Below, one piece after another: positions 28,388-37,789 of a stretch of DNA of 64,000 nucleotides. Under the pieces are notes generated by a model. It searched no databases, was not told the origin of the DNA, and saw nothing but the letters and a program-made list of their open reading frames with translations. Location of the stretch: assembly GCA_035285865.1 (NCBI GenBank), contig JAYKHS010000022.1, forward strand, positions 32,001 through 96,000, in the 5' to 3' direction. The number at the start of each line of letters is the position of its first letter. Positions within the stretch are counted from its first letter, which is position 1. Position numbers and translations under genes: made by a program. This DNA is from Candidatus Sericytochromatia bacterium. GTDB lineage: Bacteria > Cyanobacteriota > Sericytochromatia > S15B-MN24 > VGJW01.

Positions 28388-29391
28388 AGTTCAGCGGCGT
28401 CTTCTGGGGGATGGTCGCTGCCGCTTCGGTCGTTGCCTGCGCCGGACCGGTTGTTTCGCGATCTGGCCTCTCTCCCGAGCCTTCGGTCGCCACGAGTCCG
28501 CCCACCCCTCTGGAGCTCGAGCCTCCGCCGACCGGACAGGGTGTGCAACTGGTCATCGAGCCCTTCGAGGTTCGACGCGGGCAGGAGATCCAGCGCAACT
28601 TCTACCTCAAGCTGCCCGTGGACCGTCAGGTCGCCGTGACGCGCATCGATTTCGCGATGCGCGAGGGTTCCCATCACTGCAATCTGTTCAAGACGGACGA
28701 GGCCACGCCGGACCACTTCGAGGACACCTTCGATCAGGTACCCTTCACGCGCTACGACCTGTTCGCGGGCAACCAGACGCCTCAAAGCACGTGGCAGTTG
28801 CCCGCCGGCACGGGCATCTACCTGAGCCCCCGCCAGCAGTTGGTCATTCAGTCTCACTACGTCAACGCTTCGACCCAGACCACGCCCGAGCGGGCCGAGG
28901 TCAAAGTCAATCTCTGGTTCGCTCCCGAAGGAGCCAAGCCCGAACGGATGGGGACGCTCTTCGCCAACAATCGGCGCCTGATCATTCCGCCGCAGGCCAC
29001 GGCAAGTTTCACGCAGTGGTTCGTCTTCAGGCGGGATGTCCACGTCGCTGCGATGACCGGCCATTTTCACAGCCGGGGCAAGCGCTTTGCCGTGTCGCGC
29101 TGGGATGGTGCCAGATTGGGCGAACTGCTCTATGAAAGTCTGGCGTGGACGGAGCCACCCTTCACGACGTATTCCGATCCCGGGATTCCCGTCGCGTCCG
29201 GTTCGGGGGTCTCTTTCACGGCCGACTACGTCAACCGTTCCGATGCGACCGTGACCTTCGGGGGCAAGGTCGAGACTCAGGAGCACGCCAACCTGTTCTT
29301 GTATTTCTGGCCGGCCAACCCGGGTCGAGACGCGCTCTACACCGTCACGGACGGTGACGAGGAACAGGGCTTGCTCTCCGAGCAGGAATGA
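28384..29391 (+). CDS. Copper type II (PHM/DBH-like) monooxygenase-family lipoprotein
   Basis: Lipobox VVAC; GSHH and QSHY (CuH site), GHFHSRG (CuM HxH), QEHANLF at the EMC position; GTGA overlap with upstream gene. Confidence 0.75.
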   Translation: MKFSGVFWGMVAAASVVACAGPVVSRSGLSPEPSVATSPPTPLELEPPPTGQGVQLVIEPFEVRRGQEIQRNFYLKLPVDRQVAVTRIDFAMREGSHHCNLFKTDEATPDHFEDTFDQVPFTRYDLFAGNQTPQSTWQLPAGTGIYLSPRQQLVIQSHYVNASTQTTPERAEVKVNLWFAPEGAKPERMGTLFANNRRLIIPPQATASFTQWFVFRRDVHVAAMTGHFHSRGKRFAVSRWDGARLGELLYESLAWTEPPFTTYSDPGIPVASGSGVSFTADYVNRSDATVTFGGKVETQEHANLFLYFWPANPGRDALYTVTDGDEEQGLLSEQE

Positions 29392-29467
29392 TGGACGTGG
29401 CCGGCGGGGGTATACTGCCACCAAAGGGTGGCCGAGGGGTCGCCTGGTTTCGGATGGTAAATTCCAC

Positions 29468-30553
29468 GTGCGTGCCATTTCGATAGTCTCTGCGGCGGCC
29501 GGGCAGGTGCTCGGCAAGAACATCTACACTCCGGATGGCCGCGTGCTGCTGCGTCAGGGCACCGCGCTCACCGAGCGCTACATCAAGGCGCTGCGCGACC
29601 TCAAGTTCAGCCATATCTACGTCCGCGACGATCGGCTGCCGGACCTTGAGGTGGATGACGTCATTCCCGAGGATCTGCGCCTCGAGGCCGTGCAGGCCAT
29701 CGAGGGCTGCTTCGCGGACATCCGCAAGCAGATGGACGAGACCGGAAAGGTCAACGTCAACGTGGATGCCGTGGCCGAGATGTCGAAGTCCATCGTCGAG
29801 AATCTGATGAGCCACAAGGACCTCGTGGTGCAGCTCATGGATTTGCGCAGCCTCGACAGCTACACCTTCGCGCACAGCGTCAACTGCTGTGTCCTCGGCG
29901 TCATGATGGGCCAACGCCTCGGCTTGCCTGAGCCCAAGCTCAAGGATCTGGCCACGGGCCTGGTCCTGCTCGACATCGGCAAGTCCGTGGTCCCGGCCGA
30001 GATTCTCTCCAAGCCCGGGGCCCTGACCGAGGAGGAGTTCGCCAAGGTCAAGGAGCACCCGCGGGCCGGTTTCGACGCCCTTCGCGAGGTCTTCAACGTC
30101 TCGGCCCACTCCAAGATCGTCGTGTTGCAGCACCATGAGCGCATTGACGGCTCGGGCTATCCCAAGGGGCTCAAGGGACCCGAGATCCACCTGTACGGTC
30201 AGATTGCCGCGCTTGCCGACGTCTTCGACGCGCTGACGAGCGACCGGGTCTACCGAAAGCGTCTTTTGCCCCACGAGGCCATCGATGTCCTGTTGCGTTC
30301 GGCCGACAGGCTCTTCGACCGACAGTTGGTGACGACCTTCGTGGCCAACATCGCGCCGTTCCCCAAGGGCACGCTGGTCAAGTTGTCCTCGGGTGAGCAG
30401 GCCATCGTGACGGACATTGACATGGCTGCCGCACTCCGGCCGATGGTCGCGGTGGTCAAGGACTCCGGCGGCCGCGACCTCAAGGCACCGTTCCCGCTGC
30501 TGGACCTGCGCCGGGAACGGTCCGTCGCCATCGTCAAGGTCCTGGCCGAGTAG
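29468..30553 (+). CDS. HD-GYP domain protein (HD histidine substituted)
   Basis: YTFAHSVN, LLDIGK (not LHDIGK), HP..GF, HHERIDGSGYP, ADVFDALTSDRVY; start uncertain. Confidence 0.9.
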   Translation: MRAISIVSAAAGQVLGKNIYTPDGRVLLRQGTALTERYIKALRDLKFSHIYVRDDRLPDLEVDDVIPEDLRLEAVQAIEGCFADIRKQMDETGKVNVNVDAVAEMSKSIVENLMSHKDLVVQLMDLRSLDSYTFAHSVNCCVLGVMMGQRLGLPEPKLKDLATGLVLLDIGKSVVPAEILSKPGALTEEEFAKVKEHPRAGFDALREVFNVSAHSKIVVLQHHERIDGSGYPKGLKGPEIHLYGQIAALADVFDALTSDRVYRKRLLPHEAIDVLLRSADRLFDRQLVTTFVANIAPFPKGTLVKLSSGEQAIVTDIDMAAALRPMVAVVKDSGGRDLKAPFPLLDLRRERSVAIVKVLAE

Positions 30554-30554
30554 C

Positions 30555-31436
30555 TTGCGCTACGTCACTTTCGCCCTCTCGTTTCCCCCCGAGCGCTTGG
30601 ATGAGGTCGAGTCGGCGCTGGTCCTGGGCGGATTGGTCCACTGGTCCGTGCCGCTCGAACTGGAAGCCGACGATGAGCCGAGGCCGGATGTGCCGGCACA
30701 TCCGCACGGCCGCGTCGACGTGCATGCGCCCGAGGTCGAGGCCGACGAGCTCGCACGAAGCCTCGATGTGGCTCTGGCGGGTATCCCCGTGACCTGCACC
30801 CGGTCCGTGTCCGACGAGGAGGACTGGGCCGAGGGCTGGAAGCAGTTCTGGAAGGTCCAGCGCCTGGGTGCCCGCATCGTCGTGCGCCCGACCTGGGAGT
30901 CCTACGAGGCGCTGCCCGGGGACATCGTGCTGGATCTCGATCCGCGTCAGGCCTTCGGGACCGGCACCCACGCCACCACGCGCCTGGCGCTGGCGTTGCT
31001 CGAGGAGCATCTCCGACAGGGCGATACCGTCCACGATGTCGGATGCGGCACGGGTCTGCTGGCGCTGGCGGCCTTGAAGCTGGGCGCAGCAAGGGCTTGG
31101 GGCGTCGACAACGACGTGGTGGCCGTCGAAACGGCCCGCGAGAATCTGGTGCGCAACGGCGAGGGGGATCGGTTCACGGTCGTGCACGCCGATGTCCCGC
31201 CCGTTCGGCCGGCCGACGTGGTCGTCGCCAACATCCTCGCGGACGTTCTCATCGGCATGGCGGACGCACTCGTGGCCAACACGGGGCGGGTCCTGATCCT
31301 GTCGGGCATCATCCGGCGACGCATCCCGGACGTGCAGGCTGCCTTCGAAGCGCTAGGCCTTGTCCGATTGGATGCGCGCGTCGAGGACGACTGGGAGGCC
31401 CTCGTCATGGGGCGGCGGGAGCCTGCAGCGTCCTGA
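30555..31436 (+). CDS. prmA: Ribosomal protein L11 methyltransferase
   Basis: EEDWAEGWK, DPRQAFGTGTHATT, DVGCGTG, VANILA, LSGI. Confidence 0.95.
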   Translation: MRYVTFALSFPPERLDEVESALVLGGLVHWSVPLELEADDEPRPDVPAHPHGRVDVHAPEVEADELARSLDVALAGIPVTCTRSVSDEEDWAEGWKQFWKVQRLGARIVVRPTWESYEALPGDIVLDLDPRQAFGTGTHATTRLALALLEEHLRQGDTVHDVGCGTGLLALAALKLGAARAWGVDNDVVAVETARENLVRNGEGDRFTVVHADVPPVRPADVVVANILADVLIGMADALVANTGRVLILSGIIRRRIPDVQAAFEALGLVRLDARVEDDWEALVMGRREPAAS

Positions 31437-31845
31437 CGAGGAAGGGGCCCGGCTCTCCGGTCGCCGACCAGGCTTGCATCTCGAGCGCGTATCCTGCAAG
31501 GACGGGATCCAGTACGGGAATCCCCGAGAGGGTCACGGGTCCGAAGGAGCCGTCCTGCTCGAGTGGAACGCTTGCTGATGCCGTGATGTGGCCCAGATGC
31601 GCGATCTGCCGCCCCGCAGCCGTGGCTTCGACCAGGAGGGTCACGCGTACGGCAGGAGGGCCTGCCGCTCCTGCCTCGCCCGCCACCACCACCTGTCCGT
31701 TCTTCACGGGGGCGATGCGGATCCGTTCGGGTTGCAGGACCAGACCGTCCGGAATCGGTGCGGGTGTCCCGGATGGGGCGCAGGCTGCCAGCAGGCCGGC
31801 GATCATCGTGGTGCGGGGCCGGAGCGTTCGGAAGAGGTCGGGCAT
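31405..31845 (-). CDS. Hypothetical lipoprotein
   Basis: Lipobox LAAC followed by a beta-rich domain; divergent from nrdR. Confidence 0.55.
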   Translation of the reverse strand: MPDLFRTLRPRTTMIAGLLAACAPSGTPAPIPDGLVLQPERIRIAPVKNGQVVVAGEAGAAGPPAVRVTLLVEATAAGRQIAHLGHITASASVPLEQDGSFGPVTLSGIPVLDPVLAGYALEMQAWSATGEPGPFLVRTLQAPAAP

Positions 31846-31869
31846 GGGCGAGCCTGATAGAATCAGACC

Positions 31870-32370
31870 ATGAGATGTCCTGCGTGCGCTTCGCCCGACA
31901 GCAGGGTCCTCGAGTCCCGGCTCGTGGATGGTGACGTGTCCTTGCGCCGCCGTCGCGAGTGCAGCACCTGCCGTCGGCGTTTCACGACCTACGAGCGGGT
32001 CGAGTCGCCGCCTCTGGTGGTCGTCAAGCGTGATGGCAGCCGTCAGCCATTCGATGCCACCAAACTCGTGACGGGGCTTTTGCGGGCGACGGTGAAATGC
32101 GAGGTGCCGGTCGCTCAGCTCGAGGCACTGGCCAGCGACGTGGAGCGATTTTTCCAGCGCAGAGGCGATCGCGAGGTCCAGTCGGCCGAGATCGGCGAGA
32201 TGGTGCTCGAGCGGTTGCGGGACCTCGACGAGGTGGCTTATGTCCGCTTCGCTTCGGTCGTCCGGCAGTTCACGAGCATCGCGGATTTCGTCGGTGAACT
32301 CGCCCGCCTGGCAGAGCGCCGCAACCTCGAAGATTCGGCTGGTCCCGACGAAGCGCTGGTGTCCCGATGA
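31870..32370 (+). CDS. nrdR: Transcriptional repressor NrdR
   Basis: MRCPAC, RRRREC..C..RFTTYE, ATP-cone, AYVRFASV. Confidence 0.97.
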   Translation: MRCPACASPDSRVLESRLVDGDVSLRRRRECSTCRRRFTTYERVESPPLVVVKRDGSRQPFDATKLVTGLLRATVKCEVPVAQLEALASDVERFFQRRGDREVQSAEIGEMVLERLRDLDEVAYVRFASVVRQFTSIADFVGELARLAERRNLEDSAGPDEALVSR

Positions 32371-34322
32371 CTGATTTGCCCGAGCAGATTCGCAAGCGGG
32401 ACGGCCGCGTGGTCGTCTTCGAACCGGACAAGATCCGCGTGGTCCTCGATCGCGCCGTGGCCTCCGTCCGCGTGCGTGATGCCGCCCTGATCGACGGTCT
32501 GCTCGGACGCGTCCTCGAGGGCGTTCGGGCCCAGTCGCCCGCCCCGCCGCGCGTGCCCGCCGTCGAGATGGTGCAGACGTGCATCGAGGAGATCCTTGCG
32601 GCAGAATCGCTCGAACCTGTTGCGCGTGCCTTCAGCCTGTACCACGCCCGCCGCGCCCGCATCCGCGAAACCAAGACCGCACTGCTGCAGACCGTCGAGG
32701 ACATCCTGACGGGTGCAGGCCACGAAGATGCCGAGATTGGCGCGACGACGGCCGGTGGCAAGATGTGGCGCATCGGCATGGCGGCCTCCAGAGACTTCTA
32801 CCTCAAGCGTCTGCTGCCTGAGGAAGTCGCGGATGCGCACGTCCGCGGCGACCTGCACGTGCACGATCTCGATCACTACGCCAAGACCTTCAACTCGGTG
32901 GTGCTTCCCGTGGAGTCGCTGCTGCGGGAGGGCTTCCGGACGGGTACCGGTTCCGTCCGTCCTCCGCGTCGCGTCGCTTCGGCGCTCGGCCAGGTCAGTC
33001 TGCTCTTCCAGGCCGTCCAGGACGAGATCTTCGGTGGGATGCTTGCCGACGATCTGGACGGGGTGTTGGCGAGGCTGCTTCCCGACGAGATGCCGGGGCC
33101 TGCCCTGGACCAGGCCTTCGAGGCTTTCCTGCATGCATGCAATACGGCGCCGGCCCGGGGTTCGGGTCCGGTACCCTATGCATCCGTCTCCGTCGGCCTC
33201 GATGCAACTCCGCTCGGCAGACGGTGCACGGAGGCTCTGCTTCGCGCACTGGCGCGCGGCATTGGCCGAGGTGAGCCCGCTCTCTTCCCCAATGTCGTTT
33301 TCAAGGTGGCGCGGGGAGTCAATCTGGATCCCGGCGACCCGAACCATGACCTGCTGCAGCTGGCGGCGGCCGTGGCCGGACAGCGCATGATGCCGACCTT
33401 TGCGTTTCTGGACGCGGCGGATAATGTCGGACAAGGTTCGCCTGCCGCGTATCTGTCCGGGTGTGCCCGGGTCTTCGATCGGCCGGGCGGGCAGCCCGCG
33501 ACCACGGGTCGGGTGGCTCATCTGGCCACGGTCTCGATCAACCTGCCGCGTCTCGTCCTGAAGGCACGGCGCGGGCCGCTCGGATTCGACGCTCTGCTCG
33601 AGCAACGCATGGACCTTGCCATGCGCAGCCTCGAACATCGGCTCGAGACGCTCGAGCGGCTGACGCCCGGCGACTTTCCGTTCCTTTCGGCGCACATGCC
33701 CGGGGCCAATCCGTCCGGTGTATCCGAGATGTTGCGCAGCGGCGTCATGGTGGTCGGCTTCATGGGGCTTGCCGAAGCCCTCGTCCTTGAGACTGGCCAG
33801 CACCACGGGACCTCGAGCGAGGCATGCGACCTGGGCCTGTCGTGGGTCCGCAGCATGCGGGACCAACTCTCGGCACGTGCTGCGGAGCGCGGTCTTTCCC
33901 TGGTGCTTCAGGGCGGATTCGGGCCGCGCATCGCGCGGCGCTTTGCCGAGGCGGATCGAGCGCTGGGTGGCCCCGGTGGTGTCTACACGCCATCGTTCGT
34001 GGTCCCTGCAGATGCCCCGCTGACCGCACGGGAACGTCTCGCCGTGGAGGCGCCCTACCACGCCCTGTGCGATGGCGGGCATCTGGCCTCCTGGTCGGCT
34101 GCGGGACCGCTGGATGGAGCGACCGCGCTCGAGGCCGTCAGGGCCATGGCGGATGCCGGCATCGGGCACGGCGGCTTCACTGTGCCGCTTGACCATTGCC
34201 TCGCGTGCAGCCACGCAGGTGCGTGGTCCGGTGCCTGTCCGCAGTGTGCTGCGGACGAAGGTCTCGTCCGGCGCGTCCGCAGAGTGTCGGGTTGGCTGGG
34301 GTTGGTCCCGGGCTCAGTTTGA
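32367..34322 (+). CDS. nrdD: Divergent class III (anaerobic) ribonucleotide reductase NrdD-like protein
   Basis: ATP-cone, AHVRGDLHVHDLD, FPNVVFK, SINLPR, CxxC...CPxC, C-terminal RRVSGWLG; several catalytic motifs altered. Confidence 0.75.
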   Translation: MTDLPEQIRKRDGRVVVFEPDKIRVVLDRAVASVRVRDAALIDGLLGRVLEGVRAQSPAPPRVPAVEMVQTCIEEILAAESLEPVARAFSLYHARRARIRETKTALLQTVEDILTGAGHEDAEIGATTAGGKMWRIGMAASRDFYLKRLLPEEVADAHVRGDLHVHDLDHYAKTFNSVVLPVESLLREGFRTGTGSVRPPRRVASALGQVSLLFQAVQDEIFGGMLADDLDGVLARLLPDEMPGPALDQAFEAFLHACNTAPARGSGPVPYASVSVGLDATPLGRRCTEALLRALARGIGRGEPALFPNVVFKVARGVNLDPGDPNHDLLQLAAAVAGQRMMPTFAFLDAADNVGQGSPAAYLSGCARVFDRPGGQPATTGRVAHLATVSINLPRLVLKARRGPLGFDALLEQRMDLAMRSLEHRLETLERLTPGDFPFLSAHMPGANPSGVSEMLRSGVMVVGFMGLAEALVLETGQHHGTSSEACDLGLSWVRSMRDQLSARAAERGLSLVLQGGFGPRIARRFAEADRALGGPGGVYTPSFVVPADAPLTARERLAVEAPYHALCDGGHLASWSAAGPLDGATALEAVRAMADAGIGHGGFTVPLDHCLACSHAGAWSGACPQCAADEGLVRRVRRVSGWLGLVPGSV

Positions 34323-34865
34323 CCCCGGGAATGCCGGCGCCGTCACGACCTCGCGACCTGCTGCTCGCCAGGCTTCGAGCCCGCCCTTGAGGGCACTGGC
34401 CTCGTAGCCTCTCATGTTCAGGATGTACGCGACCCGGGCAGCGGTATGCTCCTCGGGACAGGTGCAGTAGGCGACGACGCGACTGCCCGCAGGGATGGTC
34501 CGCCACTTGAAGGGAAAGACCCGCAGGCCCATTTCGATGGAACCCGGGATGTGTCCGGCCTCGAAGGCACGGTGCTCACGCGCATCAAGCAGCACGGGTG
34601 GCTTGTCGCTTGCCAACATGCTGATGAGCTCTTGCACGGTCACGCGGGCGACCTTGCGCTCACCTTCCGGGTTTCCGGGGAGCTCCTTGGCCCAGTCGAT
34701 GCCGGGCGGCACGGGCGGAGCAGCCTGGGGCGACACGCTGGCCTCGGCTGCAGATGCCTTCGGCAGAGCCTCCGTCGGCATGTCCGCGGCCAACGTCACG
34801 CGGGCCATGATCGCAACGCCCGCGACCACGGTGAGGCCGATGGCCGTCTCACGCCAATGTGCCAT
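34314..34865 (-). CDS. Exported or membrane-anchored rhodanese-like domain protein
   Basis: LLDAR, GHIPGS, VAYCTCP, LKGGLEAW; hydrophobic N-terminus. Confidence 0.85.
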   Translation of the reverse strand: MAHWRETAIGLTVVAGVAIMARVTLAADMPTEALPKASAAEASVSPQAAPPVPPGIDWAKELPGNPEGERKVARVTVQELISMLASDKPPVLLDAREHRAFEAGHIPGSIEMGLRVFPFKWRTIPAGSRVVAYCTCPEEHTAARVAYILNMRGYEASALKGGLEAWRAAGREVVTAPAFPGSN

Positions 34866-34915
34866 TGGGATGTTCCTCCTCAGGCCCCAAGGTTGCCCTC
34901 CCGGTAGCCCTCAGG

Positions 34916-36634
34916 TCAAGCGCGCCCGACACGTTCCTTCCGGTCCTGCAGCATGAGACGCAGGGTGCCGAGATCGCTGGCATTAAGGATGTCCGAGGCC
35001 TCGAGGCCTCCCTTTCGGGCCATGTCGAGGGCATACCGCACGTGGCCGAGACCGGCCGTCGAGTGGGCGTCAGGCGACAGGCAGAAGCCCGCTCCCGCGG
35101 CCTTGGCCGCGCGGATGTCCCGCCAGTCGATGTCCAGCCTCTGGGGATTGCCGTTGATCTCGATGCGGACGCCATGGCGTGCGGCTGTCTCGTGGACTCG
35201 GGCCAGGTCCATGGCATAGGGGGCACGTTCCCCCAGAAGGCGACCCGTCATGTGGCCGAGAATCGTGGTTCGGCCATCCTCGAGGGCTCGGCACACGCGT
35301 CGGGTCATGCCGTCCGCATCCTCGCCGTGGCGGTTGTGGATGGAGGCGATGACGAGGTCGCAGGCATCGATGGAGTCCGACATGTCGAGGCTGCCATCCG
35401 CCAGGATATCCGCCTCGATGCCGGAGAGCAGGGCGGCGCGCCCCCCGCCGTCATTCCACGCAGAGATGGCCGCATGCTGCGCGGCGAGGCGTTCGGCGGA
35501 CAGGCCGCCAGCGTATCCTGCGGCATGGCTGTGCTCGGTGATGGCCAGGTAGTCATGGCCCCTGCGTTCGGCCTCGCGGGCCATCTCGTCCATGGTTGCC
35601 TTGCCGTCGCTGGCCGTGGTGTGACTGTGGAACAGGCCGCGGATGTCCGTTCCCGAGACGAGGCGGGGCAGGCGGCCCGTGGCTGCCAGTTCCGCTTCAT
35701 CCAGGCCCTCCCGCAACTCGGGTGGTATCCAGGCAAGGCCCATGGCGGCATAGACCGCGGTCTCATCGGGCGTCGGAATCGGGGTGCCGTCTGCAGCGAG
35801 CAGCATGCCAGCCGACCAGGCAAGCCCTGCCCGACGCATGGCGGGTTCGAGACGGGCGAGGTGGGCCGCATTGGCCCCGCACCACACGCCGGCTGCACCC
35901 AGGTGGTTAGCCGGCGTGACATGCACATGGACCGCGGGCTCTTCCGGCCGGTGTCGCGTCCAGCCGTCCGGGCCCGGGGTGAACCCCTGGTCCGGCAACG
36001 TGGCGCTCGCAACCTCCGGGTCCGCGACGAACAGCAGGTCGAGCCGGCCGTGCAGGTCGTCCCGGCGCGCGAGGCTTCCGGCCACGTGGACGGCCTGGAC
36101 ACCTTCGATGCGTGACAGCAGGGACACGAGATCTGCCGAGATGGCCTCGGCGTCAGGCAGCAGCACCATCCCGGCCGTCTGCAGCATGTAGGCCACGTGC
36201 GGCACCAGCTTCTCGGCAGTCTTCTGCCCGAAGCCCTTGAGACCGGCAATCCTGCCGGCCTTCAGGGCTGTGTCGAGGCCGGCCAGGTCCGTGACCGCGA
36301 GTTCCCGGATCAGGGCACGCACCTTGGCCGGGCCGAGGCCCGGCACGTCCAGCAGGCGCAGCGGGTCGCCGGGCCAGCGCACGCGCAACTCGTCCAGTGT
36401 CCGGTGCCTCCCCGTGCGGACCAGCTGTTCGATATCGCCCAGCAAGCCCTTGCCGATGCCCGGCACGCCCGCGAGCCTACCCTCGAGGAAGGCCGGGACA
36501 GGGTCTTCTGCCCGGGCTTCGAGCATGGCTGCGGCCTCCCGAATGGCCCGGGTCTGGAAGACCGATGCCCCGTCCAGCTCGAGGAGGCGTCCGAGGGCGT
36601 CCAGTTGCCGGGTCAGGGTGCGGCGGTCGATCAA
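34916..36634 (-). CDS. polX: PolX family DNA polymerase / PHP 3'-5' exonuclease (non-canonical polymerase site)
   Basis: HhH motifs, IPPELRE, PHP motifs HSHTTASDG, TEHS, HMTGR, DAH. Confidence 0.92.
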   Translation of the reverse strand: MIDRRTLTRQLDALGRLLELDGASVFQTRAIREAAAMLEARAEDPVPAFLEGRLAGVPGIGKGLLGDIEQLVRTGRHRTLDELRVRWPGDPLRLLDVPGLGPAKVRALIRELAVTDLAGLDTALKAGRIAGLKGFGQKTAEKLVPHVAYMLQTAGMVLLPDAEAISADLVSLLSRIEGVQAVHVAGSLARRDDLHGRLDLLFVADPEVASATLPDQGFTPGPDGWTRHRPEEPAVHVHVTPANHLGAAGVWCGANAAHLARLEPAMRRAGLAWSAGMLLAADGTPIPTPDETAVYAAMGLAWIPPELREGLDEAELAATGRLPRLVSGTDIRGLFHSHTTASDGKATMDEMAREAERRGHDYLAITEHSHAAGYAGGLSAERLAAQHAAISAWNDGGGRAALLSGIEADILADGSLDMSDSIDACDLVIASIHNRHGEDADGMTRRVCRALEDGRTTILGHMTGRLLGERAPYAMDLARVHETAARHGVRIEINGNPQRLDIDWRDIRAAKAAGAGFCLSPDAHSTAGLGHVRYALDMARKGGLEASDILNASDLGTLRLMLQDRKERVGRA

Positions 36635-37302
36635 GGTCGGATTTCCGCGGACAGGAGGCGCAACTCGGCTTCCAGCTTGCGCGGGACATCGCCAACCAGG
36701 ATGGTCAGGCGTTCGATGCCCCGCACCATGCCGACGTCCCGGGCATACCAGTAGCAGCTTTCATCGTCCGGCATGCCCGGGCGGCGCACCAGATGGGTGA
36801 TCCGCACGGCCTGCCATCGACCGCCCTCGTGGGCCACATCCTCGATGCCGTGGCAGGTGACCGTCTCGGAGGCCCCGCCCGCAAGCGGTCTGCCGGACCA
36901 GCTGGTTCCGGCCGCCACGGGCAGGCGCAGAAGGACGACGGAGGCTTCGGGTTGCGGGTCCTGTTCGAGCCAGCGCATGGCCCGGACCTCGGACGTCGAG
37001 ACCCTGATCCGGCTGGGCAGGGCCTGCGTCTGGCCATAGGTGCGTTCGAGGCGTGCCCCGAAGGCATCGGCTGCAGTGACCGCGAAGACGTGAGGGGCAC
37101 CTTCGCGTTCCGGTGTGCCCTCGTGGCGGAACAGGGTCCGGTAGGTCCAACGGCGCCCGACGTCGACGGGGTACCAGGATCCTGCCGTAGCCACGGAACG
37201 TGCGGCAACCGAGGCGCCCATCGCGACCCGCCCGCTCGGCAGGCCCGAGCCGCAGCCTGTCATCAGGGCTGCAAGCAGGACGATACGTGCTTGATGAAAC
37301 AT
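36631..37302 (-). CDS. Hypothetical beta-rich lipoprotein (DUF3108-like)
   Basis: Lipobox MTGC; YPVDVGRRWTY, LPVAAGTSW, WYARDVGMV; start uncertain. Confidence 0.55.
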   Translation of the reverse strand: MFHQARIVLLAALMTGCGSGLPSGRVAMGASVAARSVATAGSWYPVDVGRRWTYRTLFRHEGTPEREGAPHVFAVTAADAFGARLERTYGQTQALPSRIRVSTSEVRAMRWLEQDPQPEASVVLLRLPVAAGTSWSGRPLAGGASETVTCHGIEDVAHEGGRWQAVRITHLVRRPGMPDDESCYWYARDVGMVRGIERLTILVGDVPRKLEAELRLLSAEIRP

Positions 37303-37405
37303 TGAAGAAAATGGAACAGGTTCAAGACGGACGACTTCGACCGATGTTTGCATGATAGGGCCCGAAGCGGGTCGGAGCAACCTGCATGGCTGATAGACTG
37401 GCGGC

Positions 37406-37789
37406 ATGCGCATCGTCGTCACCAGTGGCCTCGGGTTCGCCACGCTGTTGCTCCTGCTCGGAGCGGCCACGCCCGAACCGAGGTCCCCGGGGCATGAGTT
37501 GTTCATCCGCAAGGGCTGCGTTCACTGCCATCAACTCAAGGGTGTCAAGGAGGCCAAGGGGACCATCGGCCCCGATCTGGGCAAACTGGTCGCTTCGCGT
37601 TCCGCGGACGAACTTACGGAGTTCCTTGCGCATCCGGACATGGCCGGGACCGGGCGCCATCTGCCCTCGCTCGACCTGACGCCGAGACAGGTGGCCATGC
37701 TCGTGGACCTGATCCGCAACCCCCCGCGCAAGCGCAAGCCTACGCCCACTCCTCCCCCGACGCCCCGGCCTTCGCCCTCATCCCTGTGA
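37406..37789 (+). CDS. Monoheme c-type cytochrome
   Basis: Signal peptide, GCVHCH, IGPDL; Pro/Thr-rich tail. Confidence 0.85.
   Translation: MRIVVTSGLGFATLLLLLGAATPEPRSPGHELFIRKGCVHCHQLKGVKEAKGTIGPDLGKLVASRSADELTEFLAHPDMAGTGRHLPSLDLTPRQVAMLVDLIRNPPRKRKPTPTPPPTPRPSPSSL

Noticed and set aside
31846..31869. NrdR box upstream of nrdR-nrdD
   Set aside because: No match to acaCwAtATaTwGtgt; the short ctgat-aga-atcag palindrome coincides with the -10 element
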